From positions 161,696,001 through 161,760,000 of the forward strand of contig CM097882.1 of NCBI GenBank assembly GCA_044892505.1: a DNA stretch of 64,000 nt, given 5' to 3'. Both the position numbers and the translations under genes were made by a program. The stretch is from Schmidtea nova (Eukaryota). The notes under the pieces were generated by a model that saw only the letters and a program-made list of their open reading frames with translations, was not told where the DNA came from and searched no databases. Of the stretch, positions 52,415 through 62,106 are shown piece after piece; within the stretch, counting starts at the first letter, position 1, and every line of letters begins with the position of its first letter.

Positions 52415-53829
52415 ACCGGTCCGTTCAAAGTAATAACTATTCAACCAGGCAACAATACGATAACGATTCTCCTTGAAAATTTTCACAGAACCGTAAACTT
52501 ATGCAAAGTAAAACCTTGTTACAACATTGAGGATGATTGAGTTGTTTCCATTTCTAACAGTTATTTTTGTCTCTCTTTTCTTCTTCCGATTTTCAGATCG
52601 TTCCACTTCTTATGTTGGGGGGCTGTATGTGGTGACCTTTTATCTGCTAAATCTTAATTCTTAATTATTAAAAATTGATTAGATAAAATTATTAAAATAT
52701 ATTTATAATTAATCATGCATTACCAACATTGAAAAAGAACTAACTTTGTTTTAATATTCTAGATGGGAAAAAAATGGAGGAAAATAAAATTGTATTAAAA
52801 CTAAATGTTGTTCATTTCAATTTTCAGTTCTATCTTTTATTAAACAAAAACTGAACAATGGTTTCAGAAGAAAAAAACTCAAATTAAAAAGCATTTTTGC
52901 ATCGATAATTGCAAAAAAATTGATCAAAAAAATTTCTATCAATGTCGATCTGATAATGAAAAATAACAGAAAATGGCTACAAGAATGCACAATGGTGGTC
53001 AATACCAACTTCCACTATCACTATCACAGATCCAGCTTGCTCAACAGCAACAATCATCATTGGCAGTCAGCAAAATATCAATTTCGATAATGGAATCTCA
53101 AATGCAAATCAGCAACTTTTGCAATCATCGTATGGAAATATCATTCGACAGTCGATGGAAAGAATTATTTTATCGGAGATTAAAAACGGGTTGGATTTTT
53201 TTCAATTGTTGCTTAATGCACATTATTTTAAGTAAATTTAAAATAAATTGTAATTTAAATTTTTATGTAGAATTTCCTAATCGTAAAATAATACATTATA
53301 ATGTTAAAAACCCCTCATTAGCGCTTAGCTCTGTACTTCCTTTAGATGGCATAGGAGATTGTTATTGCACTTCGAATGGAAGGACTATTTCTCTCGATAA
53401 ATCATTTCGTGATAATGAGATCGCTTCTGGATCTATGATTCGTATCCTCCCACGCTTGAGAGGGGGCACCAACTATGATGTAGATAATGACAATCGAGCT
53501 TATACAAATTACACCGGTCCGTTCAAAGTAATAACTATTCAACCAGACAACAATACGATAACGATTCTCCTTGAAAATTTTCACAGAACCGTAAACTTAT
53601 GCAAAGTAAAATCTTGTTACAACATTGATGATAATTAAGTTGTTTCCATTTCTAACAGTTATTTTTGTCTCTCTTTTCTTCTTCCGATTTTCAGATCGTT
53701 CCACTTCTTATGTTGGGGGGCTGTATGTGGTGACCTTTTATCTGATAAATCTTAATTCTTAATTATTAAAAATTGATTATTAAAAATTATTAAAATATAT
53801 TTATAATTAATCGTGCATTACCAACATTG
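52415..53829 (+). repeat. ~315-bp direct duplication (52415-52725 / 53513-53829): Gypsy integrase GPY/F tail, PPT-like GGGGGG and TGT LTR-like start
   Basis: The two copies are nearly identical, encode TGPFKVITIQP and contain TATGTTGGGGGGCTGTATG. Confidence 0.75.
52973..53638 (+). CDS. Chimeric ORF: Q/S-rich N-terminus, ubiquitin-like domain ending RLRGG, then Gypsy integrase tail fragment
   Basis: 53261-53467 reads FYVEFPNRKIIHYNV...NGRTISLDKSFRDNEIASGSMIRILPRLRGG, which follows the ubiquitin-fold pattern; YTGPFKV follows. Confidence 0.55.
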   Translation: MATRMHNGGQYQLPLSLSQIQLAQQQQSSLAVSKISISIMESQMQISNFCNHRMEISFDSRWKELFYRRLKTGWIFFNCCLMHIILSKFKINCNLNFYVEFPNRKIIHYNVKNPSLALSSVLPLDGIGDCYCTSNGRTISLDKSFRDNEIASGSMIRILPRLRGGTNYDVDNDNRAYTNYTGPFKVITIQPDNNTITILLENFHRTVNLCKVKSCYNIDDN

Positions 53830-53890
53830 TATTATTCATGTTAATAATAATAATAATAATAATAAAAATAATAAAAATTTTGGGATGATA

Positions 53891-54118
53891 CGTGGTGCGC
53901 CCAATAAGTACTGTCACTCATAAAGAAAGGCATTAGCAAAACTCATGGTATTTTGAGGATTCAACAGGCACCCAATATAGAGTCTATTACTCAAACTAAT
54001 TTATATGCTGGTTCATACACGTTTTACAGCGAGATGCGAGTTCCAGGAAGATTTTCTGAAGAATTCTTGAAACTTATTCTTGAAGAACTCCTCCACTGAA
54101 CACCGAAGATATTCTTTG
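53891..54118 (-). mobile_element. mariner 3' end truncated by the Polinton insertion
   Basis: TA-CGTGGTGCGCCCAATAAGT TIR (same family as 4652); C-terminal KEYLRCSVEEFFK is cut exactly at AGTAGG. Confidence 0.75.
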
Positions 54119-54400
54119 AGTAGGCAGTTATGTGCCATCTGACTCATCATTATTACGTAATTATTACGTAATATATTACATAACAAAAGACTATTACGTA
54201 ATCGATGGCCCCTCCCTCCCCCTTTTTTTTACACACACACAGACGATGAGTCATAAAAATTTTTTTTAAGGTCAAATTTTGAGGTTACTTTAAGGACATT
54301 TTAAGGTCAAATTTTGAGGACACATTAAGGACCAGTTAAGGTCAAGGTCATCATGATGTCAAGGTCATGCTAAGGTCAATTTTTAAGGTCAAAAATTCAA
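54119..54400 (+). repeat. Polinton terminal region with TTACGTAA x3, TGACTCA/TGAGTCA and AAGGTCA x7
   Basis: Read directly at 54140-54395. Confidence 0.75.
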
Positions 54401-54516
54401 AAACATAAAAAACATAAAATTTTACAAAACATTTTTTCAAAAACACAAAGTGAGAATTAATCAACATTTATTAATAAATACACATATATATATATATGAC
54501 AACAATGTTATTCCAA

Positions 54517-54960
54517 CTATGCAATTCTTGCGCTTTTTATCTTCCAAATTGGAGACATTGATTCTTTTTGATCGATTTTATATCCTTGGATGGATATATC
54601 AATAAACCAATTTTCATTATCCGTATGTTCAACTGATTGAAATGCATCATGAAATTCAGTGTTCCTGTTGTTGATGAATATAGTTTCATTGCAAGATAAT
54701 TTCTTGTTGATTTTCGTCAACACTTTATTGATTGCAACAACATCTTCTTTATAAATCTGACCAATCAAGTTGGAATATTGCGAAGTCGAAAGCTTTACCG
54801 GATTTGGGACCTTGAAAGAGATTTCGTTTACCAAGAAAAACATTTGGTAATCGTGAAACATCTGAACCGGTCGTAAATCAAATTTGTTTTGAGTTGATTT
54901 GTTATCGTTCCTAACTGGTTTCATTTTAATTGGACTCAATTTACTGAAAAGATTTTGCAT
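54517..54960 (-). CDS. Polinton hypothetical protein (147 aa), possibly an OB-fold ssDNA-binding protein
   Basis: Intact ORF with upstream TATA (GAGTATAAATA) and CCAAT motifs. The SSB idea rests only on the beta-rich C-terminal pattern DISIQGYKI...PIWKIKS. Confidence 0.6.
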   Translation of the reverse strand: MQNLFSKLSPIKMKPVRNDNKSTQNKFDLRPVQMFHDYQMFFLVNEISFKVPNPVKLSTSQYSNLIGQIYKEDVVAINKVLTKINKKLSCNETIFINNRNTEFHDAFQSVEHTDNENWFIDISIQGYKIDQKESMSPIWKIKSARIA

Positions 54961-55187
54961 TTTATGAACAATTCTATTTTTGTTTTCTTATTTATACTCG
55001 TCATCGTCTGTGTGCAGCCAATCAGATTCTTGCACATGTCTTGTAAATCAATTGCACATGTCTTGCTAATCAATTGGCTATGTATTAATAATTGACTTTG
55101 TATACATGTTGATGATTATCTACTGCAATTTCTTTCTATATATGTTGTAAGTTATTTACATATCTATCGCAATTTTATTGTCTATCC

Positions 55188-55256
<69 letters not shown>

Positions 55257-55418
55257 TACTAAAATTATTTTCTATTATAATATTCAATAAATATTCAACA
55301 TCAACATTTTATAAAAATTAATTTTAACTACAAAACATCTTTCATAACTCGTTTTAAGAAAATAAATACTTTATAAAATTTTGTACACAGATATCTTGCG
55401 TGTGTGTGTGTGTTTGAT

Positions 55419-55613
55419 ACAAATAAAAGTACGCATTGAACGCGCGTGAAACGCGCGTTCTTCTTCCCTTGTTGTTTGAGACAAATAAAAGTACGCATTG
55501 AACGCGCGTGAAACGCGCGTTCTTCTTCCCTTGTTGTTTAAGACAAATAACAGTATGCAATGAGCGCGCGTGAAACGCGCGTTCTTCTTCCCTTGTTGTT
55601 TAAGACAAATAAC
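55419..55613. repeat. Three 62-bp tandem repeats, each with the hairpin AACGCGCGT-GAA-ACGCGCGTT (third imperfect)
   Basis: Units start at 55419, 55481 and 55543. Confidence 0.92.
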
Positions 55614-56320
55614 AAAAATTATAAAAATTCCAACAATCAAAAACTAAAATTTAAATTAATAACATTTATTAAATAACATTTGTAAAATAACATTTATGCA
55701 TATCATGCACTGTCAATAATAATAATAATTTATAATAATAAAGATGTTATTAATAATAAAAACTAAGACATAATAATTAAAACTGAGAATAAGTTATAAC
55801 TTATATTCAAATATTTTACAAATAAAAATGTTAACACAAAATTTATTCACAATTTGCATTGATTAATATGTGGATTGATTGATTGATTGAAATGTGGATT
55901 GAGCTTCTAAATAATTTTACGAATTGTGTATGTTGTAAGGTTTCTGTTTTATTGATTACTGTTTTGATTTCTGTTTTATTGATTGAATGATTGTTTGATN
56001 NNNNNNNNNNNNNNNNNNNNNNNNNNNNNNNNNNNNNNNNNNNNNNNNNNNNNNNNNNNNNNNNNNNNNNNNNNNNNNNNNNNNNNNNNNNNNNNNNNNN
56101 NNNNNNNNNNNNNNNNNNNNNNNNNNNNNNNNNNNNNNNNNNNNNNNNNNNNNNNNNNNNNNNNNNNNNNNNNNNNNNNNNNNNNNNNNNNNNNNNNNNN
56201 NNNNNNNNNNNNNNNNNNGTTGACGGCTCATTTTGCAATTGTCTTGCTCGCCGTTCCAGGTATTCGGTTATTCTCCTGGACTCTTGGTCTTGATCAATCG
56301 GAGGATCATCTATAAAAGTG

Positions 56321-59068
56321 TCACCCCCCCCGATAGTGCCCATATGCCAAAGATTTATTTTTAGCAACCCAGTTGCGTTTGTCATCGTTACATGTCAGTG
56401 CTGTTTTGTGATTATTTATGCTGTATAGTTGATGATTTTTGCTGATGATCCTAAACTGTGGAACTGTATATATTTTATTATTATTATAACAGTCAAAGTA
56501 ATTCGCATGATGAAGCCCCGCATCTTTCAATGTTATTCCCTTTGCTTTTATACATTCCTCATCACCCAGCAAGCTATAACATTTTGGTCGTAAAAATACC
56601 CACTCATCGTATTTGAGTCCTTTATTCTCGTCTTTGAATTTTCCAATGACAGAATCAAGGCTCCTCGAATACAATGGATGATTAGGGTCATAATTGGATG
56701 TATCTAATAATTCATCCCTAATCATCGCGGACAAAAGAATATTTAGTTTGCAGTTTTTGATTTCCAAAAAGAAGGAATCAGTGTCTCCAGCTACAATATT
56801 TATTACGCAGTTAAATTGTTCGCGATATTTTTGCAGCTCATTATATTGTAGCTGGTACATTCTCAGTTTAGATAGATCTAGTACAGTCTGACCGATGTAA
56901 CTAGGTCTATCTAAACACACTGATTGCTTCCTTAGCAAGACTGAAATCAAATTATGATCAATTTTGGTAGTACTACGGAAATATGGACTACTACAATATG
57001 TCATTAATTTTGTTGTAGAATTGCACAAACGTAAATTAATGCGTTTCTTTAAATTTTCAACAGTCTTGCCGTAAAGACTGTTGTTTAATAATTTATAAAA
57101 GTCTTTATCTATCTTTGTGGTGGATGAAGCTCTTAAATTTGTGTTGGTGTCCACATAATCTTTGAACAATTTACTTTGTGAGAAACGAATTGCTCTGTGT
57201 GTTTTTGTGACTATAACACCTAATTGTAAAAATATTTGTAAAAGTCTCCAATGGAGAACATAATTTGTTTTTGAATAATGTGTTAACATCAATTTTTCAA
57301 CCTTTGAACCAGGAGCACACATCTTTTCAGCGGCTAGTGGAAGATCATCCACGTAGTCGTGAATAGATGCCGGTATTTCTAAGTCTACTTCTATGGTATA
57401 ACCATAGCTAAGCAGACTTAGATCTACCGTAGTGCATTCAATTAATATATTATTTAATAATTGGTCATCCGTGACCCAAACAAAGTCTCCGTCCGGTAAA
57501 TTTTGAGATAAAGCCCAGCCATACAGGTTGTTGATATCTATATACAACAGCTCTGTATCTGAACTTGATTGAACAAAATGTTTATTTACGAAAGTTAACC
57601 CTCCTCTGATACCACCCTCAAAGAAGTTATACATCTCCATGTCAGTTAACAGTGTAATGGGATGTTCCAAAGTCATAAGAGCCGAACTCCAACTCATACC
57701 TGGAATTCCCAGAAAATTTAGTGGCTCGAGTTTATTGTGTGCGATACTCCTTGCACGAAATTGTTGGAAATAATCTGCCAAAAGAAATACGTCGAGTTTC
57801 AAATAGACCATCATGTAATCGAAAAGCGAATTACAATTGGTCTCTCTCCATATTCTTTTAGCCATTTCATAATCAGAATCGGTCACACCACTCCAAATTG
57901 GTGGTAATTCAGAAGTTGACCTCAAAACTTGCAACGATGTAGCAGCATCATATGGGAAAACTCCCTTAGATGTTATTATTGAACCCGTGAATTCAGATGA
58001 AGTCAAAGGAAATGATGTTAATGTTTTCACAGCTGTATCGAGAGATTTATTGACAAACTGATAAGAATCAATGAATTTTACAGTCAGTGAACCAATTCTC
58101 GCGTAAAGACTGAGAAATTTCTCACTAGTTACTGGGACACAGCTTATATTCCATTTCTCATATTTAGACAAGCCAAATTTGAGGATATGATGGAGATCAT
58201 ACCCTCTCAAATTGTGAAACACAACTGGCAGATTGTGACGAATTTGTCGCGAAAGATTGCATTTTGAGCAAGCTGCTCCAAGATACTTCCCGTTATAATG
58301 ATCATGATCCATAACAGGTTTCTCAATTAATTTTTTACATAAATAGCAATGAGTGGATGTACAAAAATTTTCAATGACCTCGTCGGTTAAAATAATAAGT
58401 TTATTAAAATTATTATAGTAAAAAGGTGATACAATATTTTTACTAATTTTCTCAATTTCATGGAGAAATTGATCTACACATTCCGATCCGTAAAAAGATT
58501 TATAAAATTTATCTCCAGTGAGATTATTAATACACAAAAGCCCTGCTGAAATGGGTAAGTGTTTCTGATAATATTTAGAGTCCTTAGGCAATATTGCTTC
58601 GAAATCAGCATAGATTACAAAGGGAGGAGTGACAGTTTTCTTCCAGTCATCAAATTCGAGAAGGGGATTTTCGGGTAAGGTATACAAGGTTGTACCTAAT
58701 TGGTTTTTATCGCAAAGACCACGATGACGAAGAAAAGTATCATTATTTCGAAAGCCGTTAAGACACCTAGGACACCATTTACAAGAAATTCTCACTTGGG
58801 TAATTGAAGCATTTTTACAATTTAAAAATTTGTTTATATCATTTATACCAGTGTAATGAAATTTATCTTTCTTTTCCAATAATAATAAATTTATAGGTGT
58901 GGGAGAAACAATCTTACTTTTATAAATTATGTCGATGAATGGATGTTTCAACACCTCGTCTTTATTTGTTAAATCAATTAATGCTTTTTCATTATACGAC
59001 AAAACATTAATTGATAACCCAGGATTTTGCAGTTCAAATTTAGCAATGTTCTGAAGTTTCATGGGCAT
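56321..59068 (-). CDS. polB: Protein-primed family B DNA polymerase, core (915 aa)
   Basis: ExoI YADFE, ExoII FHNLRGYD, KGVFPY, GIRGG, PolA YIDINNLY, PolB KLLNNSLYGK, PolC AGDTDS, GKFKDE, RPKCY; endonuclease VII-like insert C..C...DHDHYNGKYLGAACSKCN. Confidence 0.97.
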   Translation of the reverse strand: MPMKLQNIAKFELQNPGLSINVLSYNEKALIDLTNKDEVLKHPFIDIIYKSKIVSPTPINLLLLEKKDKFHYTGINDINKFLNCKNASITQVRISCKWCPRCLNGFRNNDTFLRHRGLCDKNQLGTTLYTLPENPLLEFDDWKKTVTPPFVIYADFEAILPKDSKYYQKHLPISAGLLCINNLTGDKFYKSFYGSECVDQFLHEIEKISKNIVSPFYYNNFNKLIILTDEVIENFCTSTHCYLCKKLIEKPVMDHDHYNGKYLGAACSKCNLSRQIRHNLPVVFHNLRGYDLHHILKFGLSKYEKWNISCVPVTSEKFLSLYARIGSLTVKFIDSYQFVNKSLDTAVKTLTSFPLTSSEFTGSIITSKGVFPYDAATSLQVLRSTSELPPIWSGVTDSDYEMAKRIWRETNCNSLFDYMMVYLKLDVFLLADYFQQFRARSIAHNKLEPLNFLGIPGMSWSSALMTLEHPITLLTDMEMYNFFEGGIRGGLTFVNKHFVQSSSDTELLYIDINNLYGWALSQNLPDGDFVWVTDDQLLNNILIECTTVDLSLLSYGYTIEVDLEIPASIHDYVDDLPLAAEKMCAPGSKVEKLMLTHYSKTNYVLHWRLLQIFLQLGVIVTKTHRAIRFSQSKLFKDYVDTNTNLRASSTTKIDKDFYKLLNNSLYGKTVENLKKRINLRLCNSTTKLMTYCSSPYFRSTTKIDHNLISVLLRKQSVCLDRPSYIGQTVLDLSKLRMYQLQYNELQKYREQFNCVINIVAGDTDSFFLEIKNCKLNILLSAMIRDELLDTSNYDPNHPLYSRSLDSVIGKFKDENKGLKYDEWVFLRPKCYSLLGDEECIKAKGITLKDAGLHHANYFDCYNNNKIYTVPQFRIISKNHQLYSINNHKTALTCNDDKRNWVAKNKSLAYGHYRGG

Positions 59069-59763
59069 ATCTTGTGGGTCAAAACGAAGAGAAGAAAGAT
59101 TATAAGAAGAAGGTTGATTGCGTAAATCATCATCAATTTCGTCATATTTTATGACTGATAAAACACTATATAGGAAACATAGTTCATCGGTGTTAATAAC
59201 ATTAACTATGCAGTTTTTACGTTTAAGTGAAGTCGGCGTATCAATAAATTGTCAGCCGCTTAATCGTGAAATTTGTGAAAATTTAGTTAATACAAAACTA
59301 ATATATTCAATTTTATTAATTACCCAATTTGAACCCTTTTCATTCATTTGGGTTATTTTTTCATTAAGAAGTGTAATACCTTCATCAATGAAAGTATTAC
59401 TCCAAAGCCGGGCAGAATTTGAGATGATGAATGATTGATATTCATTATCCTTCTCAAATTCTACCTTTATACAAAATTGAATTTTAACTGATTGCATTTT
59501 TATAACAACATCATTTAATTTATTTAAAAGGATAGTCGGAACAGATAAAGATTTAAAGTTGAAACGCGAGACATCCATCTTTATAATTATATGCAATTTA
59601 TTTAAATCAGATTCAATCTCTACAAGACCAGATCCAACCTGATTAATACAAGGTATTATTTCTTCATCAGACGAAATGACAATTTCCTCATCACTGATGA
59701 CAATAACTTCTTCGTCATCACTGATTTCAACTATTTCAATTAATTTGTTGGGAACGCAGTCCA

Positions 59764-59809
<46 letters not shown>

Positions 59810-60285
59810 TAATAATTTGGGAACGCAGTCCACATTAATATTATTATTATTATTACTTAATAATTTGGGAACGCAGTCCACATTATCGGTCATTGTTTCC
59901 TTATTGTTTGTGGTTTTAATTAATTTTGTGGGAACACAATCCACATTATCATTTAGTTTTCTTTTATTTATTTTGATGGGATCGCAGTCCACATTAGTTT
60001 TTGATGAAATATATTCTTTTGGTAAATTTTGTTGTATATTAGTTTGTAAAACATTTTTTGTAATATTAATTGAGTTAAAAAGATTCTTTTTTGATGGTTT
60101 AAATTGAGATAGATGATTTTTATGATTATTGTAAATTTCTGTATAACCTATTGTTTCTTCAGTTTTACATGTGGGACATATTAGGTGGGTGACACTGTTA
60201 TATTTTAGCGAATAGTACTTTTCCATAACTACATGACAGTTATTATTATGAAAAGTACTATTGCAATATGCAGTATAAAGACGGC
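59069..60285 (-). CDS. N-terminal part of the same pPolB frame, separated from the core by one TGA (59252-59254)
   Basis: EKGSNWVINKIEY...RLSG*QFIDTPTSLKRKNCIVNVINTDELCFLYSVL resembles the conserved Polinton PolB N-terminal block and is in frame with 59068 (183 nt apart); splice acceptor TTTTAATTCAG at 60286. Confidence 0.8.
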
Positions 60286-60835
60286 CTGAATTAAAATACA
60301 ATAATAAAAATATTTATCAAAATATTTTAAAATAACAATTATTTTATTCTATTACTAAACTAATATTGAATTTATTNNNNNNNNNNNNNNNNNNNNNNNN
60401 NNNNNNNNNNNNNNNNNNNNNNNNNNNNNNNNNNNNNNNNNNNNNNNNNNNNNNNNNNNNNNNNNNNNNNNNNNNNNNNNNNNNNNNNNNNNNNNNNNNN
60501 NNNNNNNNNNNNNNNNNNNNNNNNNNNNNNNNNNNNNNNNNNNNNNNNNNNNNNNNNNNNNNNNNNNNNNNNNNNNNNNNNNNNNNNNNNNNNNNNNNNN
60601 NNNNNNNNNNNNNNNNNNNNNNNNNNNNNNNNNNNNNNNNNNNNNNNNNNNNNNNNNNNNNNNNNNNNNNNNNNNNNNNNNNNNNNNNNNNNNNNNNNNN
60701 NNNNNNNNNNNNNNNNNNNNNNNNNNNNNNNNNNTTACTAATAAGATATCTTATATTTAAATTATAAAAACATTAACACTTAATAAAAACTTAAAATTTA
60801 ATAAAAATTTATATAAATAAATAAAAATTACTTAC

Positions 60836-61302
60836 ATTTTTGTCTACCATTAAATCGCTCATCAAACACATCATTGATTTCTGCTCCATTTTCATATTTA
60901 TTTTCTACATTTTCTTGCTTATTTACAAGATTATTTTCTTCATTTTGGTGATTATTTTCTGCTATAAAATTAATTGTAAATTAATAAAGAAAATATCAAA
61001 TATGAAATTATTACCATCTATATCCACATTTAGTTTCTCATTTCAACTTGCAGCATAGAACTGATTTGAGAATTCGACATTTCTAACTAAAATGTAAATA
61101 ATAATAATTTATTATTTTTAAAAATATAAAATTTTTTACCATTTGCATTTTTATTTTCGATCATAGGGACGTTGACGACATTCATTGTAGAATTAAAGTT
61201 AACTGAAAAATTATATATTTATATAAAAATAATTAATAAAATAGATTAAAAATTACCATTTTTCTTCATCATATTTTTGATATCTCTTGAAAGGTTCTCC
61301 AT
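60836..61302 (-). CDS. Four putative 5' mini-exons (61302-61257, 61202-61140, 61086-61015, 60961-60836), probably of the pPolB gene; one TGA at 61043-61045
   Basis: GT-AG introns of 54, 53 and 53 nt, all phase 1. Exon 4 ends at a GTAAGT donor, and the acceptor at 60286 is also phase 1 (a gap lies between). Confidence 0.65.
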
Positions 61303-61655
61303 TTTTCTTTGTAAAATAATAATTTTAAAATGTTTTTAAATGATTTGTTTTAATTGTGATGAAATAATGAAAACATATAGTATATATATCACGTTTATTA
61401 CAAACTTTATTACAAACTTTATTCAAGAGCCAATCAGATTCGATATAGGGTAGAAAAAGTATGTTACGCTCACACACACATAGTATTTGTATTAACATAC
61501 ACACACACATGTTATACACTATGTAACGTTATATATATAATATTTACTAACACATGATTAATCATGCACGATGAATGCAAGGGTCATGCATGATAACTGC
61601 AGGGGTCATGCATCTTTTATTGCAAAACAATTATTTTTAATTAAAAAAAAAAAAT

Positions 61656-62075
61656 TTAAATTTTCAAATAATCTAAAACCCCCACCAAGCAACCTTTATA
61701 AGCACAGTTTGTGTGATCCCGATATGGACATGAAATATTGTCAGGAAAAACTTCTACTTCCTTAACATTATACTTAATTAATTTTAGGGACGGAAAATAT
61801 CTTTTTAAAACAGTAAGTTTATCTTGATCAGTCACATAGAAAATCGCATCAACATCTTCAATTTCTTTCGAAATACATGTTGGACAAAAGTGGTCTTCCC
61901 CTTCATACCATTCTAATCTGTCATGTTCACCAATTCCAGCCCAAAAAGGAACATCATTATATATCCAATATCTTGGTCGAAAAATATTATTAACATTCAT
62001 AATACATAATTCTTTAATAACAATCCCTCCGCAATTATCATTATAACCATAAATATCAATAAAATAACAAGTCAT
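61656..62075 (-). CDS. Polinton hypothetical protein (139 aa), DnaQ/DEDD-fold-like N-terminus with Cys/His C-terminus
   Basis: FIDIYG...IKEL...LEWYEG...C.P.RDH.NCA motif pattern, recalled from insect-virus/Polinton orphan families. Confidence 0.55.
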   Translation of the reverse strand: MTCYFIDIYGYNDNCGGIVIKELCIMNVNNIFRPRYWIYNDVPFWAGIGEHDRLEWYEGEDHFCPTCISKEIEDVDAIFYVTDQDKLTVLKRYFPSLKLIKYNVKEVEVFPDNISCPYRDHTNCAYKGCLVGVLDYLKI

Positions 62076-62106
62076 TTTTCTAATAATATTTATTAAACTA
62101 AATTGT

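Noticed and set aside
10655-60767. ORFs consisting mostly of X
   Set aside because: Artefacts of N-gaps.
24790-61045. Recurrent in-frame TGA suggesting a variant genetic code or selenocysteine
   Set aside because: The TGAs align with Arg or Gly in homologous copies (CGA/GGA to TGA), TAA/TAG interruptions also occur, and TGA terminates DDX6, MCP and PolB normally.
18191-61060. Identical 15-mer ACTTGCAGCATAGAA in SLC25A46 exon 7 and Polinton mini-exon 3 (both read FYAAS)
   Set aside because: A few 15-mer matches are expected by chance in 64 kb of biased sequence, and the similarity does not extend convincingly.
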